A stretch of DNA of 64,000 nucleotides from Marsupella aquatica (GCA_973895155.1 OZ316895.1:16534170-16598169); one strand, 5' to 3'. Shown: positions 26,548 to 40,659, counted from the stretch's first letter. Translations and numbers: made by a program. The notes: generated by a model not told the origin, from the letters alone.

Positions 26548-26740
26548 AATAACCTACATTGCTGCTCGTACCACAAACGAAAAAATCGGTGCCCGCAAGA
26601 ACCCTACATTGCTGATAGTACCACAAATGAAATAATCAGTGCCCCCAAGAACCTACATTGCTGCTGGTACCACAAATGAAAAAATCGGTGCCCGCAAGAA
26701 CCTACATTGCTGCTGGTGCCATAAATGAAAAAAATCGGTA
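26548..26740. repeat. Minisatellite, 4 x ~49 bp
   Basis: Unit approximately AAGAACCTACATTGCTGCTGGTACCACAAATGAAAAAATCGGTGCCCGC, with flanking partial copies of TTGATGCAAGATGACA at ~26525 and ~26759. Confidence 0.9.
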
Positions 26741-28788
26741 TGACAAAGAAACAATTGCTTGATGCAAGATGACACAGACGAAGCTATACATTGCTGCTGG
26801 TGCGAGAATTTGGAGACGAGCTTTGGTAACAAGATAACTACCGCTGCAGATTCGAGCAAACACGTATCAAAGGCAACTCCTGCTCCAGATTTCCTTGCGT
26901 CACGATAATTACAATGTACTATATCACTTTGTACCATCTTAAATCATTGAGTGTTTTTCGTAGTACACCTTATATTGTCAAATTTTAGGGGATGAGATTG
27001 ACTCCATCTTAGCTTCAAATTACATGTACTCCCATATTATATTGCTCGTGTCATTACCTTCATCAGTACTGCTTCTCCGTGCAGTTGGTGCATCCATCGA
27101 TTGACCTCCTCTCTTTCTCCCACTGCTGATGCTTGAGCACCATCTGTTTTGAATGCCATTTCCCTTTCTGGCCGCCATCTCTCGCTCCCTTATTCATGAT
27201 CATATCTGGCCTGTCAGTCGGCAGGTGCTCTACAGCTCTAGCTCCATAACGATGTTCTCGGGATTCCCAAATTCCATTGCTTTTTCTATGATTATGATTC
27301 TTGCTTCGGATAATTCTGTGTGCCAGGAGAAATCCTCTACACTCGTCTCATTACCAGCGACTGCAAGTAACCTAGCATTTTGGAATTGTGTGTTTTACTG
27401 GAGAGTCAACTTTGTTTGCGAAATATCAACTCTCCTTGTTTATGTTTCTTAGATTTATTATTTCAGTACCCAGTTTTTTCATAGTGAATAAATGAATTAA
27501 TTGTGTTAATCACAGAAGATCCCACGGCCCTAACATAACCACACTGGAGGATCTGACGGTTCCGTCACCCTTGGAGCAGGGTGCTGAGGGGCACTAACGG
27601 TAAGGACAGAGGAGGGCAGGGTTCTGCCGTCCATTGATGTTCCATCCACTCCCTCTCGACCAAAAACCATCAGATTACTCAATGTGACAATCTCAGGGCC
27701 GGAAGATCTCTTGTGGCTCTCCAAGGTTAAGTGACATAACCATGGAAACAACTGACATTGTAGTATTTTTTAGTTTTTATAATTTTTTGACATTTTAGTA
27801 TTTAATCTAAAAATAGGGGGAAGTTCATGATGTTCCACAATAGGTGGCAGTGTAATTCAGTTTTGTGGAATATCATTACATCACTTAGCTTTGGGTAACA
27901 GTAATTCAGGAGTGTAGCCAAAAAGAAATCCTTCACCAGAGTTAGTGACTAACACATTGCCGTGAAGAGTGTGGGTTGGAAGGGTTGCCTCAACACATTC
28001 CCAAGCTAGTAAGGGTTCTAGCAATATTTTATTTTCATTGTCCTTCCAGATGTCCTTCGGTCCATCCACAGACCTTTCACTGGATAACCTAGACTAACCA
28101 CTACACCAGGAGTCCAATTCTAACAGCTTCAATGTTTTTTAACAGTTCCTATCGATGATAACAGAGGAGGGCACCCTTTTCACCCCACCTTGCCAAGATT
28201 AACTTTCCAGTCAACTCACCTTGAAAATTGTTTGGACTTTGTAGAATGAAAGAAGTGGTTGTGTTTATTTGTCACTCCAAACAGTGTCGCTCTTATTTGT
28301 GACAAAAACTGCTGATGTGGTGAAACCATAGACCAGGCATGTTACAATGGAAGTGTCCCAAAAGAACATCCTGAAGTCACCTATGGGATGATTAAGAAAA
28401 TATACCCATTTAAGAAAGAACTCCTTAATGCCATAGAACATACTTAAAAAAAAAGCATTAAAAGCCAATAGCGCATACTGAGTAAATAATGAATTGTACA
28501 TAACAAATAAATACGGTATTCAGTACTGTCAATACGTATTAATATCAAGTGTACTGTACTGGAGACGACAGGGAAAGAAGATTCCTGGAATTCATGCTGT
28601 ATTATTTTTTCTTTTCACCCTCCTGAAACCGTAGAGTGATCCTGTATTCTGGGAAAACCACGTGTTGCATGTTTTCAAGGGGAAAAGCATGATGAGGACA
28701 TTCCTCTCTCGACACACCCTTGCTGCCCCCCCGCGCTGGATAGTCTCTTTCTCAGTACTTTTTACCAGTAAGTTATACTTTGTTCGTC

Positions 28789-29065
28789 CGACAAACGGGC
28801 AGCCAGACGGGCAGGTACGGTCCAGAGGCCAGAGCCGTAACAACGACGGCCTGGTGAGAGTACGTACCCAGGTAACAGCCAGGACTGGTACCGTACGTGC
28901 TTGACCGACCAGTCACCAAGGCCGCGGTGCGCTGGGCCGGGCAGTCGGGCACGACGGGCAGCTCCAGGGTGCGCTCAGACGGGCAGCTGGGCAGTGTACC
29001 CAGACGGGCAAGGCAAGCATGACCGAAGGAACAGCGAAAGACAGGGGGGCAGCCAGACGGGCTGA
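28789..29065. repeat. GC-rich cluster of (CA)GACGGGC(AG) motifs
   Basis: The motif recurs about 6 times between 28789 and 29065. It resembles transposon subterminal repeats; the parent element was not identified. Confidence 0.5.
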
Positions 29066-31339
29066 CGACCGCGACACTAGGCATCATTAGACGCCCCTTA
29101 TCCGCTACAGATATCCATCGGACTAACAAAACGGGAACTTCTTATCCACTAGACAAGAAGCACATCGTCGGGAGAGTATTTTTAAAGGTTTTTGTCTTAA
29201 TTCGCGAGTCATCTCCTGTGTCAATAAAATATTCTAAAACACGATTCCCTTTCTAAGTGTTTTAGTCAAAGTTTTACCATTAGCTGTAAGTGAACCATTG
29301 GACTCTTATGACAATTGGGTCTTTGGCTAGGTGAGACAATTTTGTAAGGTTTCTCCTGTTTGGCTATAGTGCCAAAGGTCACCTGGTGGGAAGCATAACA
29401 TTCTGAGTCTATTACTTATATACTGTAACTTTTCTAGATTAATTTTTCATGGTTAAATCTTGCGAGATTTATGATGAATGCTGATTTCTAGCTAATCGGA
29501 TCTGAGACTAAGTGGACACGGCTACTTGAAGGAAAAAGGTGTGGCCAATTTTCAGAAATGAAGCCCAAGATGGACCAAGTGAGTTGTTTTGCCCATCCCC
29601 ATGCAATGTGTAACACCCTGCCTACTTTACACCCAAAATTCACACTAGCGGACTGTTTTTGGAAGGACACTTCACATTTGACAAGGGAACCCCTAGTAGT
29701 TATTCTAGACACCCTGACCAACTGTAAAATGTTAGTTTTTGATAGACTTGTGCATCTGGTTTCTGCCAGCTAGTGCATTTACTTGTACAGCCTTTGGATC
29801 TTTGTTTAAACTCGAAATTTTCCAACATGCCCTTTGGTGTCCAATCTATCAACTGACAAAGTTTGAATTTTTTTTTAGATAAATTTTCTCCATTAATAAT
29901 AATTAAATGATAAAATATTATAAAACCAAATATCAATTGATGTTTCCCTGTTGGTGAAAATGCCTTAAGTAATTTGGGCATGCACCAAGACCTATCACTG
30001 CATAAACTAATGGAAACCAAATGCTAAGGGTTAAGACCCCTTTACAAGTCACATTTCAATCAAATTTATAAAGAACAATAGCATATGAGAACTAATTGAT
30101 CCAACTGTTGGAAATCCATGGCGGCTTGTGGTCAAACCCTTATGGGCTAATATTCTAATTTTAGCAAAAAATAGCGAACACTTGTCAATACGGTGAGAAT
30201 TGACCATTTTTCGCAGTTGTAAAAAAAAAAGCTTGTCGGAAGGGGCAGAACCGCCGGAAGAATGGTCTGCGGAACATTTTGGGGAATGACTTTTTGGGGC
30301 AGCGCACCTTTTTGGGCCAAGCGCATCCAACGTGCATCCAAGATACTGTCCGAAATCTGCTTTTGGAGGCGCCCCGAAATAGACATGACATGTCACACTG
30401 CCCGGAGCCTCGCTTCTAACCGAATCGGAGTCCCGTCACGCCGTACGGGTTGGTGGCAATGGATTGTTGTAAAGGGTGCATACGGTAGTGTCAGCCGCAA
30501 AAATAATTAATTTTCCAAATTTTTGGACCTGGCTCATAAAATATTTTTGAGCGCTTGTGAAAAGCTCGAGAGATTTAAGTGACGTAAATTTCAAGAATAT
30601 TTTTTTCGAGCGTTGGGAAAAGCTCGAAAGATTTGTGATGTAAAGTTTAAGAATATTCTAAGCCTTTACGTATAAACACTGATTTTATTGCATGCCTTGC
30701 TCTTAAAATGGAAAACTTTAATGCTTTATATAATTAAAGCTTGGATGAACCTAGGGGTTTGCTGTGAGGCCCGAATGTATTTCCAAAGCTTAGATGGACT
30801 GGTACAAAACATCTAAAAGACTCTGGTAGCAGTGTTATGGTTTTGACAGAAATCGGACCCATGGTGGACTACTGACAGTTTGCAGTCGGTTTACTTAGTT
30901 CAAGCAGTGGTATGTCGCTCCTCCTGTCCAAAATGCTCGGGACAATCTTCACAAAACTGAAACATCATTTTAAAAAGTCATAATTTGCAGCTCATGCCCT
31001 AAATGTATAGAGTGTCCTTCACAGAAGTGAAACCTCCATTGGTAGTTAGTCTAAAGTATCTAACCATTTTGAGTTCTTTAGAAATAGGGCCAATGATCTC
31101 ATAAAATTCTCAAACTTTGTGATGCGAATTTCAAGAATATTCTAAGATTTTAGATGTAAAGACTGATTTTCTTCTTAATAGTTTTGCTTTAATTATTAAA
31201 AAACTACAGGAGAATATGATTTTGGTTTTGGTCATTCCATGGAATATTTGTGTAAGTTCAATGTGAACACGGATCGCATTGAGGTAGATGAAGATTCAGG
31301 GAGACAAGTCCTGAGAAATCCATTTCTACAACCCCTCGA

Positions 31340-31750
31340 GTCCCACTCTTAGATGTTCTCTACCTACAGATTTCTATTTAGGTGATAAGAGAATGAACTC
31401 CAATCTTTCTTCAAGTGTATCAAAATCTTGTGTGCAAAGGACTTGGTGACCTCCATTTTTATCACCATATGAATACCAAGACAACTAATGTCGGGCAAAC
31501 TCTGCAATTATGTGGATCTACACACCTTAGGTAGGGTTTGAAATGTGAATACATGTACCCTCATGTCTTGACCATTTGTGCATGATGGGCAACACTTGAT
31601 AATGCGCAACATTGAATGACAGGACCCAATAAAGAACAATAAAAGAGATTCCAAGGAACCCGCATCAAAATTTGGTTTTGCGCTAATGAGCATATGAGCA
31701 TAGCTGATGAAGCACGGTAACTTGGGCCATGGTTGGAACCCGAACTGTCA
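31340..31750 (-). pseudogene. Highly degraded hAT-like transposase remnant
   Basis: Minus-strand fragments GPSYRASS (cf. GPGYKPPS) and SWYSYGD..TKSFAHKIL..KDWSSFSY..RN (cf. hAT dimerization domain WWxxYG..FAxRIL..ERNWSxF..RN). Frames are broken. Confidence 0.35.
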
Positions 31751-32830
31751 CATGTAAAAGGGAAAATGGCACATCAGAATGTACGAGTGACTAGTTGATT
31801 GGCTAATGGAAGATTGGGCCCAAACTTGGACAAAGGACTAACTAATTTTTGTTGTATGAGACCAAAACTCCTGGCTCAGAGGCTCTCTTCAGCCCTCTTT
31901 TGTGGCATACAAAATATCTGGAACCCTTTCTCTGTTGTCTGTCGTCTATTGGAAACTACAAAGCTGGACGGGCAATTTGGCAGTCATGCTCACCAATAAA
32001 TGAGAAAGAAACACCATTGAAACTAGAGTAGTAAGTTGGACATTCACATCATCATTGTCACCTTCAGGTGAAACCTTTCCATTTTTTAAAAGGGGGTTTA
32101 TTAAAAAAAAACCTTTTTCATTGCAAAAGGAGACAATCAAATCAATGCTGATGTTTAGAACGGTTTCCTCTCTCAATCCTAGAGCACCCATATGAGGGAA
32201 GAATGGGTGGGAGAGGCACCTTTTCACCACTCTTTTGCCACCTATATCGCAACAGAAGATGGCCTGAAGAGAAGCATGTGCGAGGAACTCTGCTTTTGTC
32301 AGAATATATGATCTGGTTACTGATGTAATGGTGACTTTACAAGACATTAGGGGTGATTGCTTCTTTTGACTCCCTCTGAGATTCAATCTGGACTATTGAA
32401 ATGAGTGAAAGTGGCTGTAGTTGATTTTGCAAGAACTCAAGGACCCATTCAGCTATGGTGTCTACCCACCCTAAATAGCAAGCAGTGGGGTAAATGCAAT
32501 GTGGAGTGCTTAATTTGTCTTTGAAGTTTAGACCACTTCCACAGGTGGTCCAAAGACTTTGGCTCCTTTATTCAAATGGAATTGCATGGACTTTGGCTCC
32601 TTTATTCAAACGGAATTGCATTTTCCAGATATACTTTATTTCAAAAGATTTTTGGAGGAGAGTCAATCTTTGGAACAAGGAACAGTCCGAGTTTGGTTTG
32701 GTGAGAAAAAAAAGTCACAAGCGCACCCACTGCTTGTAAAGCAACCTTAAAGTGTACAACAGTAAGCATGATACGCTGCAATCCTAGAGCAATACAACGA
32801 ACAGGTTCAATCTGACCAAAAATGTTTTTG

Positions 32831-33363
32831 TGCCCTGCCTATGAAGCTTCCTTAAAGCCATAATATATTTGAAAAGCAAAGAATAAAATTATGCCCAGCT
32901 AATGAAGCTTCCTAACAGCCATAGATATTTGGAAAAAAAATTAGTATATGCCCAGCCTATGAACCTTACTTACAGCCTTGGATCTGTTACGAACAAAAAG
33001 TCCATGATACTAAACATTTTTCTCACCAAACCAAACTGGATAGCAACTAAATCACTAAATAATGACTGAGCCCACACCCCAACCTATAACTCAAGTGAAA
33101 ATCTGTTTTTTTTTCTTCTTCTTTCCAGCCTATATATGAAGCTTCCTTACAATCAAGTCTTATGGATTTCAAAGTAGATTTCAAAGTCCTAGTGTATGTA
33201 GCCTATAACTCTCACTAATAAACAGCCAGAGGGTCTTAAACCTCAAAATCTGATGGACCTTAACTTAATTGATGGAACTTAGCTTAGTGTCAAGCTTATA
33301 GACAAACAAAATTATGGACTTAACTTAGTTATCAAACTTATGGACAAACAAAATCATGGACTA
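32831..33363. repeat. Two sets of degenerate short tandem repeats (~58 bp and ~42 bp)
   Basis: TGCCCAGCCTATGAAGCTTCCTTA at ~32831, 32892, 32948 and 33125; ATGGA(C/A)CTTAACTTAG...GACAAACAAAAT at ~33253-33363. Confidence 0.7.
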
Positions 33364-34793
33364 CCATGTTCATGATCCATAGCTTTTTGCCATGAAGATT
33401 GCTATGACCAATAAGTGAATGAACCTTTTACTCAACCCTGTGAAAAAAAAATAATGATAATTTGTTTATGGACGAAAAGTCATAACCCTGTGGAAAAGCT
33501 ATGGCCATTTGTCTATGGAAAAAAACCGTCTTCAGCGAGTATGGAGCTTTGAGACGCCATACTGGGAGTCCACAACTCAACCCATAACTAGAGTTAACTG
33601 CTGAATTCTGAAAGATCAAGACTCACTAGAACTTCAGTTGCAAAACAGTGTGTTGAGCTCGAACGGGTGTTGTGAGCACGCTCTAGGGCTTTTGGCACGA
33701 AGGCGAATAGACCTCCATCGAGGATGTAAGCAATTTGAGCTGTAGGTCTACAGGTGTGTTTCGTTGAAGAAGGGGAAAAGAAATGGTCGGTGACAACCAG
33801 GATCATGGAGTGCAGTAATGTCTACAGTTTCTTCGTTTATTCTTCTGCACTGTAGATTCCCCACTGACGGACATCACAGATCGGAAATAATTCAAGAAAC
33901 GAAGGAATCTTAAAAGGGGCGTCACAACCGGAGCCCAATTCGGTATATATGTATTCGAAAGCTCCTTAGCCACAAACGAGGTGAGCAATTCTTCTGTAGA
34001 TTTGACGATGAACGTCTGGTTCTGAAAAGCTCATCGAGTGCAAGAGAGGATCCATGTTCTGAACGAGACAACAAAATGATGTTGCTTTGTTTGGTACACA
34101 CTTGTTGCAGTACAGCTCGTTAAGATGCTCTGTCGCACAATCATGAAGACGGAAGTCATGCCGTAGTGTAGTGATGTTTTATTACCACATTTGTGAGCAA
34201 TCGCGTCGAAGGAATGGCGAAGTCGTGCGATGAAGTAACGTGAGACGAATCTGAAACGCTGACCTCGAGGTGGTGCGGGAAGAAGAGCCACTGACAGTCA
34301 TCCGAAGTCTGCATCGGCGGATAGTGGCGGAACAGATTGTGAATGTAGACTTCAATTGAAAGACAGCACGCCGACGTGAAGCACCACTTGATCACCTTGT
34401 TGCGGGGTACAGTGGAATAATCTAGTCGCACACCATTTCCTAACGAGGAGGCGTTCAAAGCCCTAGTCTTGGACAAACTAATGCGAGAGAAGAGATCCGA
34501 TCCGAGATTTCTTAGGAACATGCTGGTGTAATTTACGTCGTACGCAACATTGAAAGAATGGGCCCACCTATTCTTTGCAAAGGGCAGACTAGCACAATGG
34601 GATGTGGGAACCACAATCTACTCCTACATCTGTTGCTCGGGAACATTTCGCGAGCTCAGAAGACCAACACAATCAAATGGTACAAAGTTACTGCCTATAG
34701 GTTCCCACTATCAACCTCCTTTACTTTGCAGGAGGGTCCCATACTACAATGCTACACTTATACTTAGTCTAAACAGCCCATAAAAGAATTGTC

Positions 34794-37750
34794 CTAGACG
34801 AAACTAGCGAGGGGCCAGGATGCTGATCTTGTGAGAGTGGGCTTCATTTTCTTGTCTTCCTCGAGACTGATCATGCCCAAATGTGAAGGATCGTCAAGCA
34901 TCATCTTGGCCACCAGGTACCCGGCAATTGACCATGTCTGAAATCTCCGTGCCTGTTTACCGATGTATCGCCCTAGCTTCCCATCATAATACTCTGGCCA
35001 GCCATCCTTGGAGAGCCTTTTCTCAACCAGCTCAATTGCCCGGCGAGCAATCTGTGGCCGCCCCACCTTAATGCAAGCTGCGGTCAGCATCCATAGAAGC
35101 ACTGCACAAATATGACAAGACGCGATTTTATCAATAAGACACGATTACTGCTTTCAATAGAACTCGTGAGATCGTCCTTCGGAAACGAACCCCCCAGACC
35201 TGACTCAGTTTAGTTGCGTTACAGTGGACTGAAAATAATAAGTGCAGAACAGGAAGAAGATTCAAGTCAAACCCTACATCAGAGAGAACGTGAAGGGGCC
35301 GTACTGCAGACCTAATGTTCAACGCTTGACCCGCAAACAGTTTCGAAAGTAGTTAAAAACTTCACATGCTCCCCGGTAGGTGAAGATGACTCCCCGTGAT
35401 GACTAGAACGAGGATGATGTGGTCAGACATCTAGATATCACTAGATGACGATGCCCAGACCCTTGAACCCCGTACCTGTCAGAAATCTAAGTCATGCTAG
35501 CTAAATCTCTACCCCGTTAACGAGAAATCTAAGTCATACCCCGTAACACCTGTCTGGGTGAAGACAACCGCAGAATGGAAAAGCGTCCTCACCTGGCCAT
35601 GAACCACCATTGTGATAGCTCCATCTGGTGTTCTTTGGATCACACCCCGTGACAATTCGCCACTCGTGACCTTCCAAAGATGGATAGGCCACTTTCAAAG
35701 GCATGTCACCGATAAGATCCTCCCATCTCTCTTCAAAAAGATCCATAATAGCCGATGCTTGCTCGGGAGTAGCCAACGACGATAGAATGGCGCAGCAGTT
35801 TCCAATTGCAAACCACCTGAAGTCCATCCGAGCTGGACTCACATTTCCTATGAAGTAACCTCCTCTCATCGGCATAAAGTCGAACACCCAATCCGGAATG
35901 GATTCCGGAATGACGTTGAACTTATTGACGGCCGTGTGAGAGTATTCTTCGGTCTTGAATCGATATATACTGTTCAGCTGGTTGTGGTCTAGCCAGAAAT
36001 ACTCGCGCATGTGGTAGCTCAATGCCAACAGTCTCTTGTCTATCCGTTCAAGAAATTCCTTTCCACCGTTTTCAGGCTTCAACATCGTTCTCGCGCACCT
36101 AAGGGCCATGAAGAATAGAGACTGGATTTCGATGGGGTACCCATAAATTCCCTGCAATCGAGATGATCTCGAGCAATGCCGTTAGTAAACAAACCATTGG
36201 ATCACCGAAGAAGACGCCAAATAAAGGTCCTCGAGCTCAGTGACTGCAAGGAGAACCCAAGAAACAAAAACTCAACAGAATTGGTGAATGACCCCAGGAA
36301 TCAAGTGAGGCCCAGCATTTGCAAGCAAGAAGGGTGCTTACCATCCTTCTATCGATCATGGCACAACCGTCTGCACAGAGAAGAGTTGGAAAAGTATCAA
36401 ATCCATCCGCGAGACATAAGTTCAAAATAAGTTTCATGCCGCGCTGACAATCCGCAGTGTCCGCAAGGGAGTGATCGCCGGTAGATTTTGTGTATGCACG
36501 GAGCAGAATAATCCACCAAAACCCCGAGTCCACGGGTGCCACTCTGCCAATGGCGCTCTCCCCGAAATCTGGGATCATAGTATCCGTATTCCGAACAGGA
36601 TCGTGAAGGACTTTGAAGCTGGCGGGCATTACTCCTTCACCTAAAACGAAACAATCTATACGCTTCTCTCGCGCCTGGAGCATGAGGGCCTTTATGAGGA
36701 AGTTCCTAACAATCTCTGGCTCACCATTCATGAGGAAAGCCAACCCGCTTGGGACAAAGTCTCTGACGAAGACCTGAGAGAAAAAATTTCCAGTTAAATT
36801 CACAAAAATCTGCTCAATTACAAGAAAATGCAGGAAAGCAGAAAATTTGGCGAGTAGAACAAAGCCGACAGATCAGCACTACCGGGATAAATCCATCCAA
36901 TCTCAGACAACCACTAACTATACACATTTTACACCCTGAAGTTTCCGAGCTGCCCTTGGCTTTAGTACTCCGGAAGAATGACGGAGATATAAGGAAACCC
37001 AGTTCTAGGGAGTCGACTCTGACCTAAACCGATCTTGCCCGCGTCATCGGACTACTCTACGTCAGGCCCCTCATCTATTTATCTTTGTCGATGCTTTCAA
37101 TAATTTCCGAGGATTCCCTGTAGAGGGAAAAGCTGACCCAGACTGACCAAGTTTTGATGCTGCTAGCTTATGCCATAAAAAACAAGGAATTGCCGTTCTA
37201 TCAAGCTTCTAGGTCGAATTGGACATGAGATTCCCGACAAAATCTTACAAAAATTAGGGCTCGGAGTTCATACCTGATTGTAATTCAGTGACTCTTCATT
37301 TGGATCCAAAGCCGCGATAGTTCCAACGGGACTTCCCTTGAAGTAGATCAGTGATCTCCTCAGAGCTTCCCAAGCATCTAGAGTCATTGGATGGGGCTCA
37401 AACCCAGGTCTCGGAGTGTTCAAGGAGGACCGCGGTGTGCCCGCTGCCGATCTGGAGGTAGGAGTTGCCATGTCCTCCAAGCAGTCCGAGCTTGGCACTG
37501 TTTTGAGCGTTGGTCTTGCGCGCAGACTAGGCAGAAGGATGTCATTGAAAGATTTTTCATCCAGGGATATTCCCCTATTGTGATCTCCTAGTTGATGCAT
37601 AGGTCGAGGATTCATGTTAAATAAATCCTGGCAAGAAATGTGGACAAATCCGTCCTTTCCACCATTCATTCTGAGAGTATCCTGCTTGTCCCGAGAGTCT
37701 GGGCCGTCCAACGAGAGGAATTTCGCAGACAGCGTGTCTACGGTCGTCAT
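34794..37750 (-). CDS. CINV: Cytosolic (beta-group) alkaline/neutral invertase, GH100, 4 exons, 591 aa
   Basis: Exons 37750-37274, 36773-36342, 36151-35593 and 35101-34794, GT-AG, 1776 nt in frame. Motifs [93 protein letters not shown]. An in-frame stop at 37868 makes 37750 the first possible ATG. Confidence 0.95.
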
Positions 37751-38943
37751 CGCAATTGACCTCGGACTTCTTCGATTCAACGTTATCAAATCCAAGTTGC
37801 GACTAGAGCCACCAGGTTGGGGAAGGATTAGCCGGCGGACACCGTGTCTTTGCGCGGCAAATGCTGTTTAGTTCCGAGGCTTTCGGTGCCAACAGGAACT
37901 TTCCTAACCTACGCCTACAGCTTTCGTATGTCTGATGAGTTGTTCCAGAAATGGTGTGCAATCTTCTCGAGCCCTCCCGGAACCATTGTCATCAGTACCC
38001 ACAGGGCTAATGATGTCGATGACTTCAATCACTCCAATCACCAATTTCTGTCAAGATTGGGAGAAGCTTCGCTACCCGTCAGCTCAAGCAGACCATCCCT
38101 TTCACAAATACGAGATGTACAGCAAATGGAGGACCAATTGACAGGCCGCCACACGTATCCTCGGCGTCCTCAGCGGGCCGAGCGAATGCCGATGATGATC
38201 AAGGTGACAAACGAGTGCGCCACAGTTGCAGGAGTTCGAGAATCCACCCCTTCTTCCAGCTGGAAAAACTCAGCCTTCCTTCCCACCTTCACACCAAACG
38301 AGCATCCGTTTCTCGTCCGATGCCTCAAAACACTCATTCAGACTACGATTAGACTAGACCTCGCTTCGACTTCTCGACACACGCCACGATCCAAGGCAAG
38401 AACATGACAACACGAATTGCAAACCACACACACACACAGATCCACGACTCGTTACAAAGCGAGAGCGACGACCAGACCAGCAGGCAGCAATCTCTCCAGC
38501 TCAAAGCTCAATGGGTTCGAGCACTAGATCTCCCAGAGCAGCAGATTCGTCACCCGACACAGAGGTGACGATATCGCATGGAAGAAAAGCGCAGTAGCTT
38601 AGATACGAGACAAGACGCCAATCCTCCGATGCATTCGTTCGCAGTAGCAGACAAGCTGTCACCAAAGTGTCACCTAAGAGAGTAGCGAGTAGCTCTCCGT
38701 TGGGCAGCAGCACGACGGACTCTCGGCGAGACCCCCCGGTTGGCCCGTTGGCTCGTGTCGACCGACGGAGCAGAGAGGCGGGGCACTGGGGCAGAGCGGG
38801 GAGCACCGCAGCTTCTCGGCCCGGCCAATGGGGAGAGGGGGAAGGAGCGACGAGCGACGAGCGACAAGCGACGGGGCGAAGAGGCGGGCAGGACGGAGCT
38901 GCAAAGAACGCAGGAAAGAAGGGAAGCTAGTGGAGGAGACGGA

Positions 38944-38951
38944 ATTTATAG
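38944..38951 (-). promoter_or_regulatory. Putative TATA box of the invertase gene
   Basis: The minus strand reads CTATAAAT followed ~25-30 nt later by a pyrimidine patch (CTTCCCTTCTTTCC). It lies within a CpG-rich region with (TAC)n and (GTTCT/GGTCT)n microsatellites upstream. Confidence 0.55.
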
Positions 38952-39692
38952 TAAGTGCGGCGGACGGCGAGTGCTTGACAGCGAGCGTGTAGACGGACGC
39001 TCGGCACTACTACTACTACTACTACTGTAGCGCAGATCATAGATCGGGCCGCTGAGAGAGCACAATATAATGGAGCCGGAGCCCGGATCTCACGGGATCG
39101 AGCAGGGCAGTGGGCAGCTCGAGCACGGCGGGCACCTCGGACGGTCACCTGCTGCCTGCCCACCAGCTCGCTCTCATGTTCTGTTCTGTTCTGGTCTGGT
39201 CTGGTCTTTTCTGTTCTGCTGCTGTGCCGCCCAACTCACTCAACTCGCGTTCCTGCCCGCACCCCGCTCGCCAGCAAGGCGACTAGGCGATTCGTGCGAA
39301 GCTGCCCGTACGGTACCCCGGAAGCACGGTCGTCTGGTCAGTGGCATTATGGTCGTCTACCATCTCGTGCAGGAAAAATTTCCCTATGTGAGGAAAATAC
39401 GCAGTAGAGGCGCATATTTTTATTCTTGTACCATATCTTGTTCGTATGTATAGTGTGTATGGCGTGGGTAGTATGTATAGGAAACTTTTGAGTTATTTAT
39501 CTGGTTTACTTGAATTAATAATTTACTAAGACGAATTTGCAGACTATATTCAGCAATGAAAAAGAGACCATTTTTCTGGATATGTCTGTCAGGTATGTTG
39601 TGAGTAATACTCTCATCCGACAGATGTTCTACCAAACATGCTATGTAATTAGACCAATGTTAACACTCACATTTGAACACTATATTATATCA

Positions 39693-40659
39693 CTAGCTCA
39701 ATACCCATGCATTGCACAAAATATGTCGTTAATAAAAAATATGTCTTGTCACTCAAGATGTCATTAAGAAAAAATATGTAGTGTTGCCTAAGATGTAGTT
39801 AAGAAAAACAAATGTTGTGTTGCCCAAGATGTCTTTAAGGAAACAGATATTGTGTTGCCCAAGATGTCGTGTTGCCCAAGATGTCGTTAAGAAAAATGAT
39901 GTCACGTCGCCTAAGATGTCGTTATGAAAAAAGATGTTATGTTGCCCACGATGTCATGAAAAAAAGGTCGTGTCGCCCAAGGTTTCATTAAGAAAACAAA
40001 TATTGTGTCAACCAAGATATTGTTAAGAAAAAAGACATCATGGCACCCAAAGCCGGGCACCCAATATGTCCCTAAGTACAGAGACATTACGTTGCCCGAG
40101 ATGTAGTTAAGTTGAAAAGATGTCGTTAAGACAAATTGCACAAAAGATGGCATGGTCCCGGGCGTGGTGAGAAAAAGATGTTCATGTGACAATAAATATC
40201 AAGGTGAGAAAAGAAGCTGAAGTGAGAAAAAAGGTGTTGAGGTGAACAAAGACATGGATGACAAAAAGAGATGTCGAGCTGAGAAAATATATGTCATGGA
40301 GAGAAAAGATGGTGATGGCGAGGTGAGAGAAATAATTATGTAAAGATGAGGAAAAGTTGTTGTGGTGAGATAAAAATGTGGAGGTGAGAAAAAGATCAGA
40401 TGTCGAGGTGAAGAAATATGTAAATGAGAAAAGAGATGTTGAGGGGAGGAAAAAAAGTCAAGGTGAAAAAAGATGTCAAGGACAGAAAACATGGCGAGAT
40501 GAGAAAAAGATGTCAAGGAGAGAAAATATGTCGAGGGTGAAGGAAGGATGTCAATGTGAGAAAAAAATGTCAAGATGAAAAAAACATGTCAAGGCAAGGT
40601 AAAGTTATTGTGGTGTGTTCAACAACCCGTGTATTGCACATAGAATTGGAGACGCGAGA
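39693..40659 (-). mobile_element. Putative non-autonomous Helitron filled with degenerate 20-30 bp minisatellites
   Basis: A|CTAG at 39692-39696 followed by a degenerate CCCGTGCATTGCACGGG-type hairpin (39704-39717) gives a Helitron-like 3' end on the minus strand. A second hairpin copy is at 40626-40639 and a candidate GA|T 5' end at 40658-40660. Interior repeats are GTTGCCCAAGATGTCGTTAAGAAAAA and GAGGTGAGAAAAAGATGTC. Confidence 0.5.

Noticed and set aside
37844-38407. 187-aa plus-strand ORF
   Set aside because: Antisense to the invertase 5' leader, non-ATG start, no motifs.
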